The notes beneath the pieces were generated by a model that saw only the letters and a list, made by a program, of their open reading frames with translations, did no database searches and was not told the origin of the DNA. Below are positions 42,478-52,751 of a stretch of 64,000 bases of DNA, in pieces (within the stretch, counting starts at the first letter, position 1; every line of letters begins with the position of its first letter). The translations under genes and the position numbers were made by a program. Source of the stretch: an uncultured Nitrososphaerota archaeon (lineage in GTDB: Archaea; Thermoproteota; Nitrososphaeria; Nitrososphaerales; Nitrosopumilaceae); NCBI GenBank assembly GCA_963722115.1, contig CAVRLU010000009.1, forward strand, positions 29,457 to 93,456, read 5' to 3'.

Positions 42478-44510
42478 TTCTGTCTACCTCTTATTGTTGA
42501 CCCAACTATGACTGTAATAATTAGAATTGAAGAAATAATTATTACTTGTTTAATGTGAATATGTAAAATCTCTTCAAAATCAATATTTTTTGTAACCTGA
42601 TTTATCATCAATGTTTGATAGGCATGATCAGTTTTATTTCCTATCTTAATGTCTGCCTGTATCCAATATTCGCCTGTACTATAAACCGATAAAGTTCTAT
42701 TATTGTACGGAGTGATTGCGGTTGTTTTTACGTCATGTGAACCAGATCTGATTAGAGAAATCTTTGCATATGACCATTTTTCAGGATAGTCTATTGAAAA
42801 ATTAATCCGTCCATTATTCTGATTTACGTTTAATGTTCCCTTTGTTAAATGAATGAGAACAGGAATTCGATACAAAGTTTTTGAATCATCCACTGTTATG
42901 AATCCATCAAAATTGCCTGTCTTTTTTGTATTATCTGTAACTTGAGCATTTATTGTATTATTGATTACTGAATAATTGAAGGCAAGACTTGATTCACTAG
43001 ATGAAAATCGAACTTTTAATTTTGGAATGACTGAATCACTAATTGAACGTAATTTCAACGTCTTAGTTTCATTAGTGTGATCATAAGATAGATTGAAAAC
43101 TATACTATGGGGAATAATTATCAGATTTGCAGATTCTGCTCTAGTGACGTTTAGTCTTCCACTGCCAACCACTTCAATTGGAAGTATATTGCCATAAGCG
43201 TCTGTAACGGGATCAGTTGTTGTTGTTATGAGTGATGCTATAGATAATGGATCTAAATTAGGATATTTTTGTAATAATATGGCAACAGCACCAGTAACAT
43301 GTGGCGCAGCTATGCTTGTTCCACTTGTTATATTGTATTTTCCCCCCAGCGTTGTAGTGTTTACAAAAACTCCTGGAGCAACAAGATCAGGCTTTACATA
43401 AAAAACCGAAACTGGTCCACGTGAACTAAATGGTGCTACAAAATCTGGGTGATAAAATATGTTAAAGTGACCTACGGTGTTATTACTTAATGTTGATTTT
43501 AATTTAAGCCCATCTTCACCTGATATGGAAATGACTGGAATTCTTGGATGATAATCTCTAGTAGAATTAGGTCCTATGAGCTCACCAAAAAAAATTCCGT
43601 TTTTATTGTTGAATACTACTAGTCCTATTGCCCCACGGTCTGCAGCGTTTTTCTCTTTTTCTGAAAAAAATACTTTCTCACCCTTTGTATCACTGCCTCT
43701 TTGCTCAAGTAATATGGTGCCTTTGACATTGATATTTTCAAGATCTTTTAATCTTCCATATTCGCCGTAAACTATCTTACCTTCAATGGGATTTTGTAAA
43801 GCACTGACACCAAGCATTGGTATGGCATCATACTGTTTACTTTCAATCTCGAAAGTTGATACAAGACTTGATGTTATGTTGTTATATGAAGCGCCAACTG
43901 TTATCACATTGACATCTCTTCCAGGACTTCCAATAGTTTCATTATCTGGCCCATTATTTCCAGCTGCAGTAACCACCACAATTCCCTTTTTTACTGCTTC
44001 ATCTACTGCATTTTCTAATCCATCATTAGTTCTGTTTACTCCAAGGCTTATGTTTATCACATTCATCTTGTCATCTATGGCCTGAGAAATAGCTTGAATG
44101 ATATTTTCTGAGGAAACAGCTTCCCCTGTAGATGATACTTTGTATGAGAATAACTGAGATTTTGGAGCCATTCCAGAAAAATTCCCATTGGCACCAACTA
44201 TGCCAGCAACTTCGGTACCATGACCGTTAGTATCTAGTGGTTTTTCATCTGTGTTAACATAATTGTATCCTCCTACAACTCTTCCCGAAGATCCATAACC
44301 GCGTAAATCGGGATGATTAAAATCAATCCCAGTATCTATTATGCCCACTTTAACTCCCTGACCATTTAATCCGTGTTGTCTTGGGATTTGAACGCCGACT
44401 AACTGTATGCTCTTTGAAAGAAGACTTTGTTCATCCTCAATAGAATCTGAAATAAAATATGAAATGCATAACACAAAAGCAAGAGAAAAAATTAACGATT
44501 TCTCTATCAC
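42474..44510 (-). CDS. Membrane-anchored subtilisin-like S8 peptidase with PA domain
   Basis: Catalytic triad IIDTG / HGTEVAG / SGTSIAAP; PA insert; N- and C-terminal hydrophobic helices. Confidence 0.92.
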   Translation of the reverse strand: MIEKSLIFSLAFVLCISYFISDSIEDEQSLLSKSIQLVGVQIPRQHGLNGQGVKVGIIDTGIDFNHPDLRGYGSSGRVVGGYNYVNTDEKPLDTNGHGTEVAGIVGANGNFSGMAPKSQLFSYKVSSTGEAVSSENIIQAISQAIDDKMNVINISLGVNRTNDGLENAVDEAVKKGIVVVTAAGNNGPDNETIGSPGRDVNVITVGASYNNITSSLVSTFEIESKQYDAIPMLGVSALQNPIEGKIVYGEYGRLKDLENINVKGTILLEQRGSDTKGEKVFFSEKEKNAADRGAIGLVVFNNKNGIFFGELIGPNSTRDYHPRIPVISISGEDGLKLKSTLSNNTVGHFNIFYHPDFVAPFSSRGPVSVFYVKPDLVAPGVFVNTTTLGGKYNITSGTSIAAPHVTGAVAILLQKYPNLDPLSIASLITTTTDPVTDAYGNILPIEVVGSGRLNVTRAESANLIIIPHSIVFNLSYDHTNETKTLKLRSISDSVIPKLKVRFSSSESSLAFNYSVINNTINAQVTDNTKKTGNFDGFITVDDSKTLYRIPVLIHLTKGTLNVNQNNGRINFSIDYPEKWSYAKISLIRSGSHDVKTTAITPYNNRTLSVYSTGEYWIQADIKIGNKTDHAYQTLMINQVTKNIDFEEILHIHIKQVIIISSILIITVIVGSTIRGRQN

Positions 44511-44586
44511 ATGGTATCTGCATTAAGACCAGATAAAATGCATTTGCAACCAAAGCCATAAATGGCAAGAAAAACTTGTAACTCTT

Positions 44587-45210
44587 ATGGCAAAATATGA
44601 ACTTCCGAAAGTACCATATTCGTACGACTCTTTGGAACCACACATTGACGCCAGAACAATGGAAATTCATCACACAAAACATCATCAAGCATACACTGAT
44701 GGCTTGAATAATGCATTGGCAAATCTGAGCACTGAACTCCAAAACATGGAACTAACCAAGTTACTTTCAGACTTGAATCAAGTTCCAGAAAACGTTAGAG
44801 GTGCAGTGAATTTCCATGGAGGAGGTTATGAGAACCATGCTCTATTCTGGAATAATATGAAACCAAGCGGTGGTGGAAAACCAGGAGGTAGCTTAGAAGA
44901 AGCTATTAATTCTGTGTTTGGAAACTTTGATAGTTTCAAAGAAAAATTCGTAAAGGATACAATTGCTATTCAAGGAAGTGGTTGGGGTTGGTTAACCTAC
45001 AATCCACAGACAAAGAAAGTTGAGTTTACTACAATGCCAAATCAAACAAGTCCACGTACCAAAGGTTTGATCCCGTTGATGGGATTAGATGTTTGGGAGC
45101 ACGCATATTATCTAAAATACCAAAATCGACGTGCAGATTATGTAAATGCCTGGTGGAATGTAATAAACTGGGACGAAGTAGACGCAAGACTTTCAAAGAT
45201 AAAAGCATAA
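44587..45210 (+). CDS. sod: Fe/Mn superoxide dismutase
   Basis: HHTKHH, NHALFW, DVWEHAYY. Confidence 0.97.
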   Translation: MAKYELPKVPYSYDSLEPHIDARTMEIHHTKHHQAYTDGLNNALANLSTELQNMELTKLLSDLNQVPENVRGAVNFHGGGYENHALFWNNMKPSGGGKPGGSLEEAINSVFGNFDSFKEKFVKDTIAIQGSGWGWLTYNPQTKKVEFTTMPNQTSPRTKGLIPLMGLDVWEHAYYLKYQNRRADYVNAWWNVINWDEVDARLSKIKA

Positions 45211-45274
45211 TTCCTTCTTCTTTTTGTTTTATTCTATATTTTCAGAATGAATTTATAGTCATTACGAGAATTTT

Positions 45275-45703
45275 TTGCAAATGAGTGAAGAACATGCTCA
45301 AGCCTTATTGCAACAGATGCAGTCTCTAGAAGCTTATCTAAATGATTTGTTACAACGAGAAGAAACAGTGATGAGACTTTTACAAGAGGCAACAAATGCC
45401 GTTGAATCGATGAAAGTACTAACAGGTAATGCTGAATATGAAACTCTTGTACCTGTGGGTTTGGGAGTCTATGTTAAAGCAAAAATAAATCCTGATCAAA
45501 AAATGATTGTAAATATAGGCGCAGGTGCTTCAGTTGAACAAAACAAAGAATCCGCAATAAACTATATGGAATCCAGAATTAAGGAACTTGAAATGGTACT
45601 ACAACAATTAGCATCACAACGACAAGAAGTTTCCATGAAACTTGAACAGGGACAACATGAAATGAACAAACTTATACAATCAAACCGTAGTCCTCCGCAG
45701 TAA
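45275..45703 (+). CDS. pfdA: Prefoldin subunit alpha
   Basis: Coiled coils around LVPVGLGVYV...VNIGAG hairpins; lies upstream of ftsY. Confidence 0.92.
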   Translation: MQMSEEHAQALLQQMQSLEAYLNDLLQREETVMRLLQEATNAVESMKVLTGNAEYETLVPVGLGVYVKAKINPDQKMIVNIGAGASVEQNKESAINYMESRIKELEMVLQQLASQRQEVSMKLEQGQHEMNKLIQSNRSPPQ

Positions 45704-45714
45704 GGCAGTACATT

Positions 45715-47136
45715 ATGTTTGAAAAACTACGAAATGCATTTTCTGTAGCAGTTAAAAGTTTTGGAGATAAGGAGCTAAAGGAAAAAGATATTGACGAAGT
45801 TTTATTTGAACTTGAAGTTGCATTACTGGAATCTGATGTTGCAACAGAAGTTATTGATGCATTAAAAGATGATTTGAAAAAACAGTTAATCGGAACTACG
45901 GTTAACAAGGACAAGATTGCTGAAGTTGTAAAACAAGAGCTTCGAAAAAGCATTTCAAATATGTTTGATGTAGCAGGCACTGTTGATATTTTATCTAACA
46001 TTCAAAAAAAGAAGGACAAAGGAGAACCATACATTATCTCATTTATGGGTATTAATGGAACAGGGAAAACCACCACCATCGCAAAGATTGCAAATCTCTT
46101 GCGAGAAAACAAATATTCAGTTGTGATTGCTGCAGCGGATACTTACAGAGCAGGTGCAATTGAACAGATAGGTGAACATGGAAAAAGATTGAACATCAAA
46201 GTTATTTCTCAAAACTATGGTTCAGATCCAGCTGCAGTGGCTCGAGATGCAGTGCTTTATTCAAAATCTCATAAAATAGATTGTATACTAATTGATACAG
46301 CTGGAAGAATGCAAACTAGTAAGAATTTGATGGATCAAATATCTAAAATTAACAAAGTAGTAAACCCTGATCTTAAATTATTTGTAGGTGATTCATTGGC
46401 TGGTAATGACACTGTAAATCAAGCAAGAGAATTTCATAATTATACAAAGTTTGATGGGGCTATACTTACAAAAAGTGACGCAGATGCGCGTGGTGGAGCT
46501 GCTATATCCATCGTTAAAGTAACATCTAGTCCAATTCTTTACCTAGGTATTGGACAAGAGTATAAAGATCTAAAATCTTTTGATAAAGATATCTTTTTAG
46601 AAACTCTCTTTGGTCCTGCAGAAATTATTGAAGACATTCAGAAAAAAGTCTTGGAACCTAAAGTTGAACTAAAACCAGAACCTAAAGTTGAACTAAAACC
46701 AGAACCTAAAGTTGAACTAAAACCAGAACCTAAAGTTGAACTAAAACCAGAACCTAAAGTTGAACTAAAACCAGAACCTAAAGTTGAACTAAAACCAGAA
46801 CCTAAAGTTGAACTAAAACCAGAACCTAAAGTTGAACTAAAACCAGAAATCATTGTTGATAAGGAACATGAGAAACAAATTTTAGAAGAAGATCCATTCG
46901 CAGGAATTTCAACAAAAGATATTGAAAAGTATTCTAACCTCTTTGATGTACCTCCTCCTGAAAACGATGATCAAGCAAGAAAACTTGCATCAAATATTCG
47001 AAAATGGATTTCTGAAGGACGACCAAAAAAACAAGAACAACAAGTTGAGTTAAAAATTACAAAAGAAGAAATTGAAGAAACGGAAGATGAAAAGCCTAAG
47101 AAGAAGCGCTCGTTATTTGGATGGATGAAGAAATGA
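45715..47136 (+). CDS. ftsY: SRP receptor FtsY with a long repetitive C-terminal extension
   Basis: GINGTGKTTT, DTYRAGA, DTAGR, TKSDADARGG. Confidence 0.95.
   Translation: MFEKLRNAFSVAVKSFGDKELKEKDIDEVLFELEVALLESDVATEVIDALKDDLKKQLIGTTVNKDKIAEVVKQELRKSISNMFDVAGTVDILSNIQKKKDKGEPYIISFMGINGTGKTTTIAKIANLLRENKYSVVIAAADTYRAGAIEQIGEHGKRLNIKVISQNYGSDPAAVARDAVLYSKSHKIDCILIDTAGRMQTSKNLMDQISKINKVVNPDLKLFVGDSLAGNDTVNQAREFHNYTKFDGAILTKSDADARGGAAISIVKVTSSPILYLGIGQEYKDLKSFDKDIFLETLFGPAEIIEDIQKKVLEPKVELKPEPKVELKPEPKVELKPEPKVELKPEPKVELKPEPKVELKPEPKVELKPEPKVELKPEIIVDKEHEKQILEEDPFAGISTKDIEKYSNLFDVPPPENDDQARKLASNIRKWISEGRPKKQEQQVELKITKEEIEETEDEKPKKKRSLFGWMKK
46654..46845 (+). repeat. Perfect 24-bp coding tandem repeat x8 (GAACCTAAAGTTGAACTAAAACCA = EPKVELKP)
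   Basis: Directly visible; no variation between units. Confidence 0.97.
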
Positions 47137-48047
47137 AAGTAAAAACAAAAGATCTATTGACACTAAATGAGCTGAGTAAACATGAATTATTGGAAATAAT
47201 AGAAAATGCCATCAAGCTAAAGAAAGATCTTAAAAAAGGAATTTCAAAACCCCTGTTAAAAAATAAAACACTTGCTATGATTTTTCAGAAACCATCCACT
47301 CGTACAAGAGTCAGCTTTGAAACTGGAATGTTCCAGATGGGTGGACATGCTCTTAATTTATCTGCAGATGATCTCCAACTAAAAAGAGGTGAGACAATAG
47401 AAGATACAGCTAAGACACTCTCAAGATATGTTGATGTGATAATGGCTAGGGTGTACTCACATGATGAAGTAGAAATATTGGCCAAAAATGCTACTGTGCC
47501 TGTAATAAACGGACTCTCTGATTCATTTCATCCATGTCAAATCTTGGCAGATCTTATGACAATTAAAGAGAAAAAGAAAAAACTTAGCGGATTGAAAATT
47601 GCGTGGATCGGAGATGGAAATAATGTTTGTAATTCCATGATTTACGGATGTGCAAAAGCATCTATTGATATTAACATTGCAACTCCTAAAGGTTATGAAC
47701 CAAATCTGAATATAATCAAAGAATCAAAAAAATTCATTGATATTCAGTTACTTAGTAATCCAGAACTGGCGGTAAAGAATGCCGATGTTGTGGTAACTGA
47801 TACCTTTGTTTCAATTCATCATCAAGCAACGGATAGGGCAAAAGATTTTCTACCACGCTTTCAAGTAAACTCAAATTTAATGAAAAAAGCAAATCATGAT
47901 GCAATTTTCTTGCATTGTCTTCCAGCAAAAAGAGGTCAAGAGGTTACAAGTGAAGTACTTGATGGTCCACAATCCGTAATATGGGATGAAGCAGAAAATA
48001 GACTTCATGCACAAAAGGCACTAATGGCTTTACTACTCCAAGTCTAA
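47133..48047 (+). CDS. argF: Ornithine carbamoyltransferase
   Basis: PSTRTR, HPCQ, FLHCLP, EAENR; ATGA overlap with ftsY. Confidence 0.96.
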   Translation: MKVKTKDLLTLNELSKHELLEIIENAIKLKKDLKKGISKPLLKNKTLAMIFQKPSTRTRVSFETGMFQMGGHALNLSADDLQLKRGETIEDTAKTLSRYVDVIMARVYSHDEVEILAKNATVPVINGLSDSFHPCQILADLMTIKEKKKKLSGLKIAWIGDGNNVCNSMIYGCAKASIDINIATPKGYEPNLNIIKESKKFIDIQLLSNPELAVKNADVVVTDTFVSIHHQATDRAKDFLPRFQVNSNLMKKANHDAIFLHCLPAKRGQEVTSEVLDGPQSVIWDEAENRLHAQKALMALLLQV

Positions 48048-48095
48048 CGTTTATAAGAGCTTCACCAAAATTTTTTGTAAATAGGATTAGTACAT

Positions 48096-48584
48096 ATGGC
48101 ATATTCACAAATATTACGTAGATCTCGGGACGAGAAGACCAACTACAAAAAGAGAAGACATCTCTTGATGGGTAGACGAGACTTTATCACAGTCCAGATA
48201 TCAAATGAAAATACGCTGGTACAAATTCATAAACCCGAAATGGCCGGTGATAAGGTTCTTTCATCAGCTCATTCCAGATCACTTATCAATAAGGGTTGGA
48301 AGGGATCAAGAAAGAGTATACCGGCAGCATATCTTACTGGTTATCTTGCAGGTAAGAAAGCACTTGCAAGTGGAGTCAAGAGTGCAGTACTTTATACTGG
48401 TACTAGAAAATATACCCAAAGAATTGCAGCGGCATTGAAAGGAATAATAGATGCCGGACTAGATGTACCCGCAGACGCAGAAACTTTTCCATCTGAAGAG
48501 AGGATTAGTGGTAAGCATCTTAAAGTTGCAAATGAGATCGACAAAGTAAGATCTGCAATTGATAGTGAGGTTAAATCCAAATGA
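48096..48584 (+). CDS. rpl18: 50S ribosomal protein L18
   Basis: KTNYKKR, PAAYLTG, ERISGKH. Confidence 0.95.
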   Translation: MAYSQILRRSRDEKTNYKKRRHLLMGRRDFITVQISNENTLVQIHKPEMAGDKVLSSAHSRSLINKGWKGSRKSIPAAYLTGYLAGKKALASGVKSAVLYTGTRKYTQRIAAALKGIIDAGLDVPADAETFPSEERISGKHLKVANEIDKVRSAIDSEVKSK

Positions 48585-49217
48585 GTAGAACAGAACAAAG
48601 ATCAAGACCACCAAGAAGAGAACCAGAACAGGTGTGGGTTCCAAGAACCAAACTGGGAACACTAGTAGCAACTGAAAAGATTACAACGATGAAAGAAATT
48701 TATGAAAATGGTTATCGAATTCAAGAGGCCGGAATCATTAAAAAATTATTGCCAGGAATTAAAACAGAAGTAATTGATGTTGGAATTGTTCAAAAACAAA
48801 CAACCAACGGTGAATATACAAGATTTAAGGCACTTGTTGCAGCAGGTGATGAAAATGGTTGGTTAGGAATAGGACAAGGAAAATCAAAACAGATGAGAAT
48901 TGCAATTGAAAAAGCAACAAATCAAGCTCTATCTTAATGTTAGTCCGGTAAAACTTGGTTGCGGAAGTTGGGAGTGTAGATGTGAACAACCACATTCAGT
49001 TCCATTCAAAATTAGAGGAAGAGGTGGAAGTGTTACAATAGAAGTTATTCCAGGACCGAGAGGTCTGGGACTTGTAGCTGGTGGAAATATTAGAAATCTT
49101 TTGAAATTAGCAGGTTTGAAGGATGCTTGGACAAAAAGTACAGGATCGACAAACACCATGACATCTACATCAAGAGCTGTTTTGGATTGTTTGAGACAAA
49201 CATTTAGTCAGGGTTGA
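48581..49217 (+). CDS. rps5: 30S ribosomal protein S5, broken by one extra base at ~48929
   Basis: WVPRTKLG, GCGSWEC, PGPRGLGL; joins as ATNQAYLNVSPV; span = 3n+1. Confidence 0.95.
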
Positions 49218-49691
49218 ATGAAGATGGGTAAAGCTTTCTTAATAGTTAGAATGAAAGGAACGGTTAATGTTCCTTATTGGGCCAATACTACCATGGATCT
49301 TTTACACTTGGATAAAAGATTCCGCGCCACCATAATTCCAGAAAAAGATAACACAAAAGGTATGCTTGACAAGATTAAACACTACGTCTCGTGGCAGGAA
49401 ATCGATGTACAAACCACCAAAGAGTTATTGGAGAAAAAGGCACGTAAGGGTGGTTATAAAAAAATTACTCCAGAAGATATGACAAAATTAGGATTCAAAA
49501 ATACTGATGAACTTGCAAAATCCATTGCAGAGGGAACTGCTACGTTATCTAAATTAAAACCACTTAAACCATGGTTTGCTTTATCACCACCAAAACATGG
49601 ATTCAAACGAAATACAAAGAAGATGTATGGCGAAGGGGGAGTCCTCGGTAGTCATAAAGAACTCTTAGCACAAGTGAGGTTAATGATGTAA
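49218..49691 (+). CDS. rpl30: 50S ribosomal protein L30 (uL30)
   Basis: LKPWFALSPPKHGF; position between rps5 and rpl15. Confidence 0.94.
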   Translation: MKMGKAFLIVRMKGTVNVPYWANTTMDLLHLDKRFRATIIPEKDNTKGMLDKIKHYVSWQEIDVQTTKELLEKKARKGGYKKITPEDMTKLGFKNTDELAKSIAEGTATLSKLKPLKPWFALSPPKHGFKRNTKKMYGEGGVLGSHKELLAQVRLMM

Positions 49692-49692
49692 C

Positions 49693-50115
49693 ATGCCAAC
49701 AAGATTAAGAAAGACAAGAAAATACAGAGGAAGTAGACACTGTGGTTGGGGACAGATTGGTCAACACAGAGCAAGTGGCCATAAAGGAGGACTTGGCCAA
49801 TCAGGTTTGCATAAACATCATTTCATAAGAATGCTAATGACTGATCCAAAACATTTTGGTCATGATTCTACTCATCCACCACATCCAAATCTAGTTCGTA
49901 AATGGGCTAGTGTGAGAGATCTAGATGATATCTTTGCAAAATTTGGAAAACAGGAAGGCGGCAAGAAACTAATAGACCTTACTGAACTAGGCTATGATAA
50001 GCTGTTAGGAGGAGGACAGACTAAGAATGCTTATGTTGTTAAGGTGGAAAAATTCTCTGCTTCTGCCGAAGAAAAAATAAAACAATCTGGTGGAGAGGTG
50101 CAAGCAGTAGCGTGA
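49693..50115 (+). CDS. rpl15: 50S ribosomal protein L15
   Basis: RGSRHCGWG, GYDKLLGGG, FSASAEEKI. Confidence 0.96.
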   Translation: MPTRLRKTRKYRGSRHCGWGQIGQHRASGHKGGLGQSGLHKHHFIRMLMTDPKHFGHDSTHPPHPNLVRKWASVRDLDDIFAKFGKQEGGKKLIDLTELGYDKLLGGGQTKNAYVVKVEKFSASAEEKIKQSGGEVQAVA

Positions 50116-51551
50116 CAGCAGAAGAAGGTAAGGCCTCTGGCGGTTTTTTAAAAACTATTATCTCAAAAGCTGAAGTTTACATTCCACAAGTACCAAAGCC
50201 GAAAAAGAAAATCCCATTACAAGTTCGTTTGATGTGGTGTGGAATAGCATTATTTATTTACATGATTATGGGACAAACTCCTCTTTATGGAGCATCAACA
50301 CCATCCTTTGATTTTCTTGCATTTGCTAGAGTAATTTTTGCTTCACAGCAGGGTACATTGATAGAACTCGGAATAGGACCTATTGTTACTGCTGGACTCT
50401 TAATGCAACTTCTAAAAGGTTCTGAGATATTTCATCTTGATTTCAAGAAACCAGAAGACAGAGAACTATATCAAACAGCCACCAAGATTGTCACTTACAT
50501 AGTAATCATTGCCGAGTCATCACTGTATGGAATGGCAGTTTATGGACCTAGGATGCCCAATCATGAAGCTATATTCATTCTGATAGGACAGTTAATCGGC
50601 GCATCTGTGATAATCATGCTGTTGGATGAATTAGTACAAAAAGGATGGGGACTTGGAAGTGGAATTAGTTTGTTTATTGCTGCAGGTGTAGCTCAACAAG
50701 TAATTTGGAGTTTATTCAGTCCAGTTCCTGCAGGAGATGGAGGTCCAGTAGGTGTATTTGCAAATATTATACATGGTGCGATTAATCATGATTTCACTAA
50801 TCTATTCTTCCGGTCTAACCAATTGCCTGGCATATTTGGTTTACTGATAACAGCTGGAGTCTTGCTGATTCTTGTCTATACTCAGGGAATCAAGGTGGAA
50901 ATACCAATCGTATCTACAAAATATAGGGGATTCTCAGCAGTATATCCAATCAAGTTAATGTATGTCTCAAACATTCCAGTAATTTTGGCTTCTGCTCTTA
51001 CTGCTAATGCGGTGTTTGTTGGACAAATCATGTGGGCTAATTTTAATCCACGAAATGCGAATCCATTCCTGAATTTCTTGGGAATGTTTGATCCTACATC
51101 TCCATCCACTCCAACAGGTGGTATATTGTACTATGTTACTGCACCACGTGGTTTGGATATTGTCGCATTAGATCCAACTAGGGCTGTTTTGTATATTTTA
51201 TTCATGGTCGGGATTGTAGTTTTATTTGGTAGATTGTGGATTGAGCTTGGAGGTCTTTCTGCAAAGAGCGCAGCCAAAAACCTACTTGATGCCGAAGTAC
51301 AAATTCCAGGTTTCAGACGTTCAAATCAACCAGTAGAAAATCTACTTCAAAAATACATTCCATCTGTCACTATAATTGGTTCTATCATACTTGGATTGTT
51401 GGCTGGTACTTCTGATGTGCTAGGAACATTTGGATCAGGGACAGGAATGTTGTTGACAGTTGATATTTTGATTAACTATTACAATTTACTTGTTCGAGAA
51501 AGAGTCGAAGAAGTAATGCCTACGCTGGGTGCATTACTTGGCAGAAAGTAA
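50112..51551 (+). CDS. secY: Preprotein translocase subunit SecY
   Basis: LIELGIGPIVTA, KGWGLGSGISLFI, YPIKLMYVSNIP, GSGTGMLL. Confidence 0.97.
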   Translation: MTAEEGKASGGFLKTIISKAEVYIPQVPKPKKKIPLQVRLMWCGIALFIYMIMGQTPLYGASTPSFDFLAFARVIFASQQGTLIELGIGPIVTAGLLMQLLKGSEIFHLDFKKPEDRELYQTATKIVTYIVIIAESSLYGMAVYGPRMPNHEAIFILIGQLIGASVIIMLLDELVQKGWGLGSGISLFIAAGVAQQVIWSLFSPVPAGDGGPVGVFANIIHGAINHDFTNLFFRSNQLPGIFGLLITAGVLLILVYTQGIKVEIPIVSTKYRGFSAVYPIKLMYVSNIPVILASALTANAVFVGQIMWANFNPRNANPFLNFLGMFDPTSPSTPTGGILYYVTAPRGLDIVALDPTRAVLYILFMVGIVVLFGRLWIELGGLSAKSAAKNLLDAEVQIPGFRRSNQPVENLLQKYIPSVTIIGSIILGLLAGTSDVLGTFGSGTGMLLTVDILINYYNLLVRERVEEVMPTLGALLGRK

Positions 51552-52128
51552 TCGTGTAATAATTGTAGGAATTCCAGGTGTTGGAAAGACTACAGTTGTA
51601 TCACGCGTAGTAGAATTGTTAAAAGAGAAAAATGTCAAAGTAAGTGTCTCAATTTTTGGAACCGTGATGTTTGATGAAGCTAAAAAGAAAGGAGTCCAGA
51701 ATAGGGATGATCTGAGAAAACTTTCAGTTAAAGAGCAAAAAGAATTACAATCTATGGCAGCAAGAACAATAGCTTCAATCGCTGATGACGTAGTGATTGT
51801 GGATACTCATGCATTCATTTCTACACAAGAGGGATTCTATCCTGGACTTCCACATAATGTTTTAGAGATACTCAATCCTGATAGTTTTATTATGATAACA
51901 GCAAGACCTGAAGAGATCTATAATCGCAGAATGACAGATACTACTAGAACTAGAGACATAGTATCAATTGATACAATAAAAAAAGAACTTGATGTTACAA
52001 GTGCAATGCTGTCTACCTGTTCAATACTTTGCGGCTCACCAATTAAGATGGTTCTTAATACTGAAGGTAAGGTTGATGAAGCGGCTAGAGGTATCCTAAG
52101 TGCAATGGGGTTTAACAATGGAACATAG
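51538..52128 (+). CDS. adkA: Archaeal adenylate kinase
   Basis: GIPGVGKTT, VDTH, GFYPGLP; follows secY. Confidence 0.93.
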   Translation: MAESNRVIIVGIPGVGKTTVVSRVVELLKEKNVKVSVSIFGTVMFDEAKKKGVQNRDDLRKLSVKEQKELQSMAARTIASIADDVVIVDTHAFISTQEGFYPGLPHNVLEILNPDSFIMITARPEEIYNRRMTDTTRTRDIVSIDTIKKELDVTSAMLSTCSILCGSPIKMVLNTEGKVDEAARGILSAMGFNNGT

Positions 52129-52750
52129 CATATTCTTTGATTTCATAAATACAATGGCACTACAGATACCAGGTCTAAACAGGGGTCCAATGGGAAGTGC
52201 AAATCCATTGGTAAAGGGAATGATCCCAGCTGCTTTTGGAATAATGTGTATTTCTATAGGTCTTAACCTGCTTAATGCTATAATAAAACGAAAGATGGTT
52301 GATCAAGATAAATTGAAAAGATTACTCAAAGAAACGAGAGCTTGGCAAAAAGAAAGAATGGCTGCATTCAAATCAAAAGATCAAGAAAAAACGGATGAGC
52401 TTAACAAGAAATCCGCATACATGAACAAGATGAATATGGAAGTTATGCAAATGAATATGAGACCAATGATGATTACTTTTCTTCCATTGATTCTTGTATT
52501 CTATTTTGTACTTCCCCCGCTATTTTCCTATACAGTAGCCGTTTCACCAATTTCATTAAACATCATACCTGGAGGATTTTTTGAATTAACTTGTACTGCT
52601 GCAAAAGTGGCAGAATCTCAACTTCCTGGTCATCCCGACATATGTCATCATGTAAACGAAATGTATTTTTGGGCATGGTACTTCTTATCATCCGCTGCCT
52701 TTAGTGGTATCATAATGAGAGTTACAAAAACTACAATGGATACAAGTTAA
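52118..52750 (+). CDS. DUF106/EMC3/TMCO1 (Oxa1-superfamily) membrane protein
   Basis: TM + coiled coil + Met-rich RPMMITFLP + WYFL; conserved position after adk. Confidence 0.88.
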   Translation: MEHSIFFDFINTMALQIPGLNRGPMGSANPLVKGMIPAAFGIMCISIGLNLLNAIIKRKMVDQDKLKRLLKETRAWQKERMAAFKSKDQEKTDELNKKSAYMNKMNMEVMQMNMRPMMITFLPLILVFYFVLPPLFSYTVAVSPISLNIIPGGFFELTCTAAKVAESQLPGHPDICHHVNEMYFWAWYFLSSAAFSGIIMRVTKTTMDTS

Positions 52751-52751
52751 A

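Noticed and set aside
46654-46845. CRISPR-like repeat or antisense GFSSTLGS protein
   Set aside because: Head-to-tail units have no spacers and are in frame within ftsY; the antisense ORF is a by-product.
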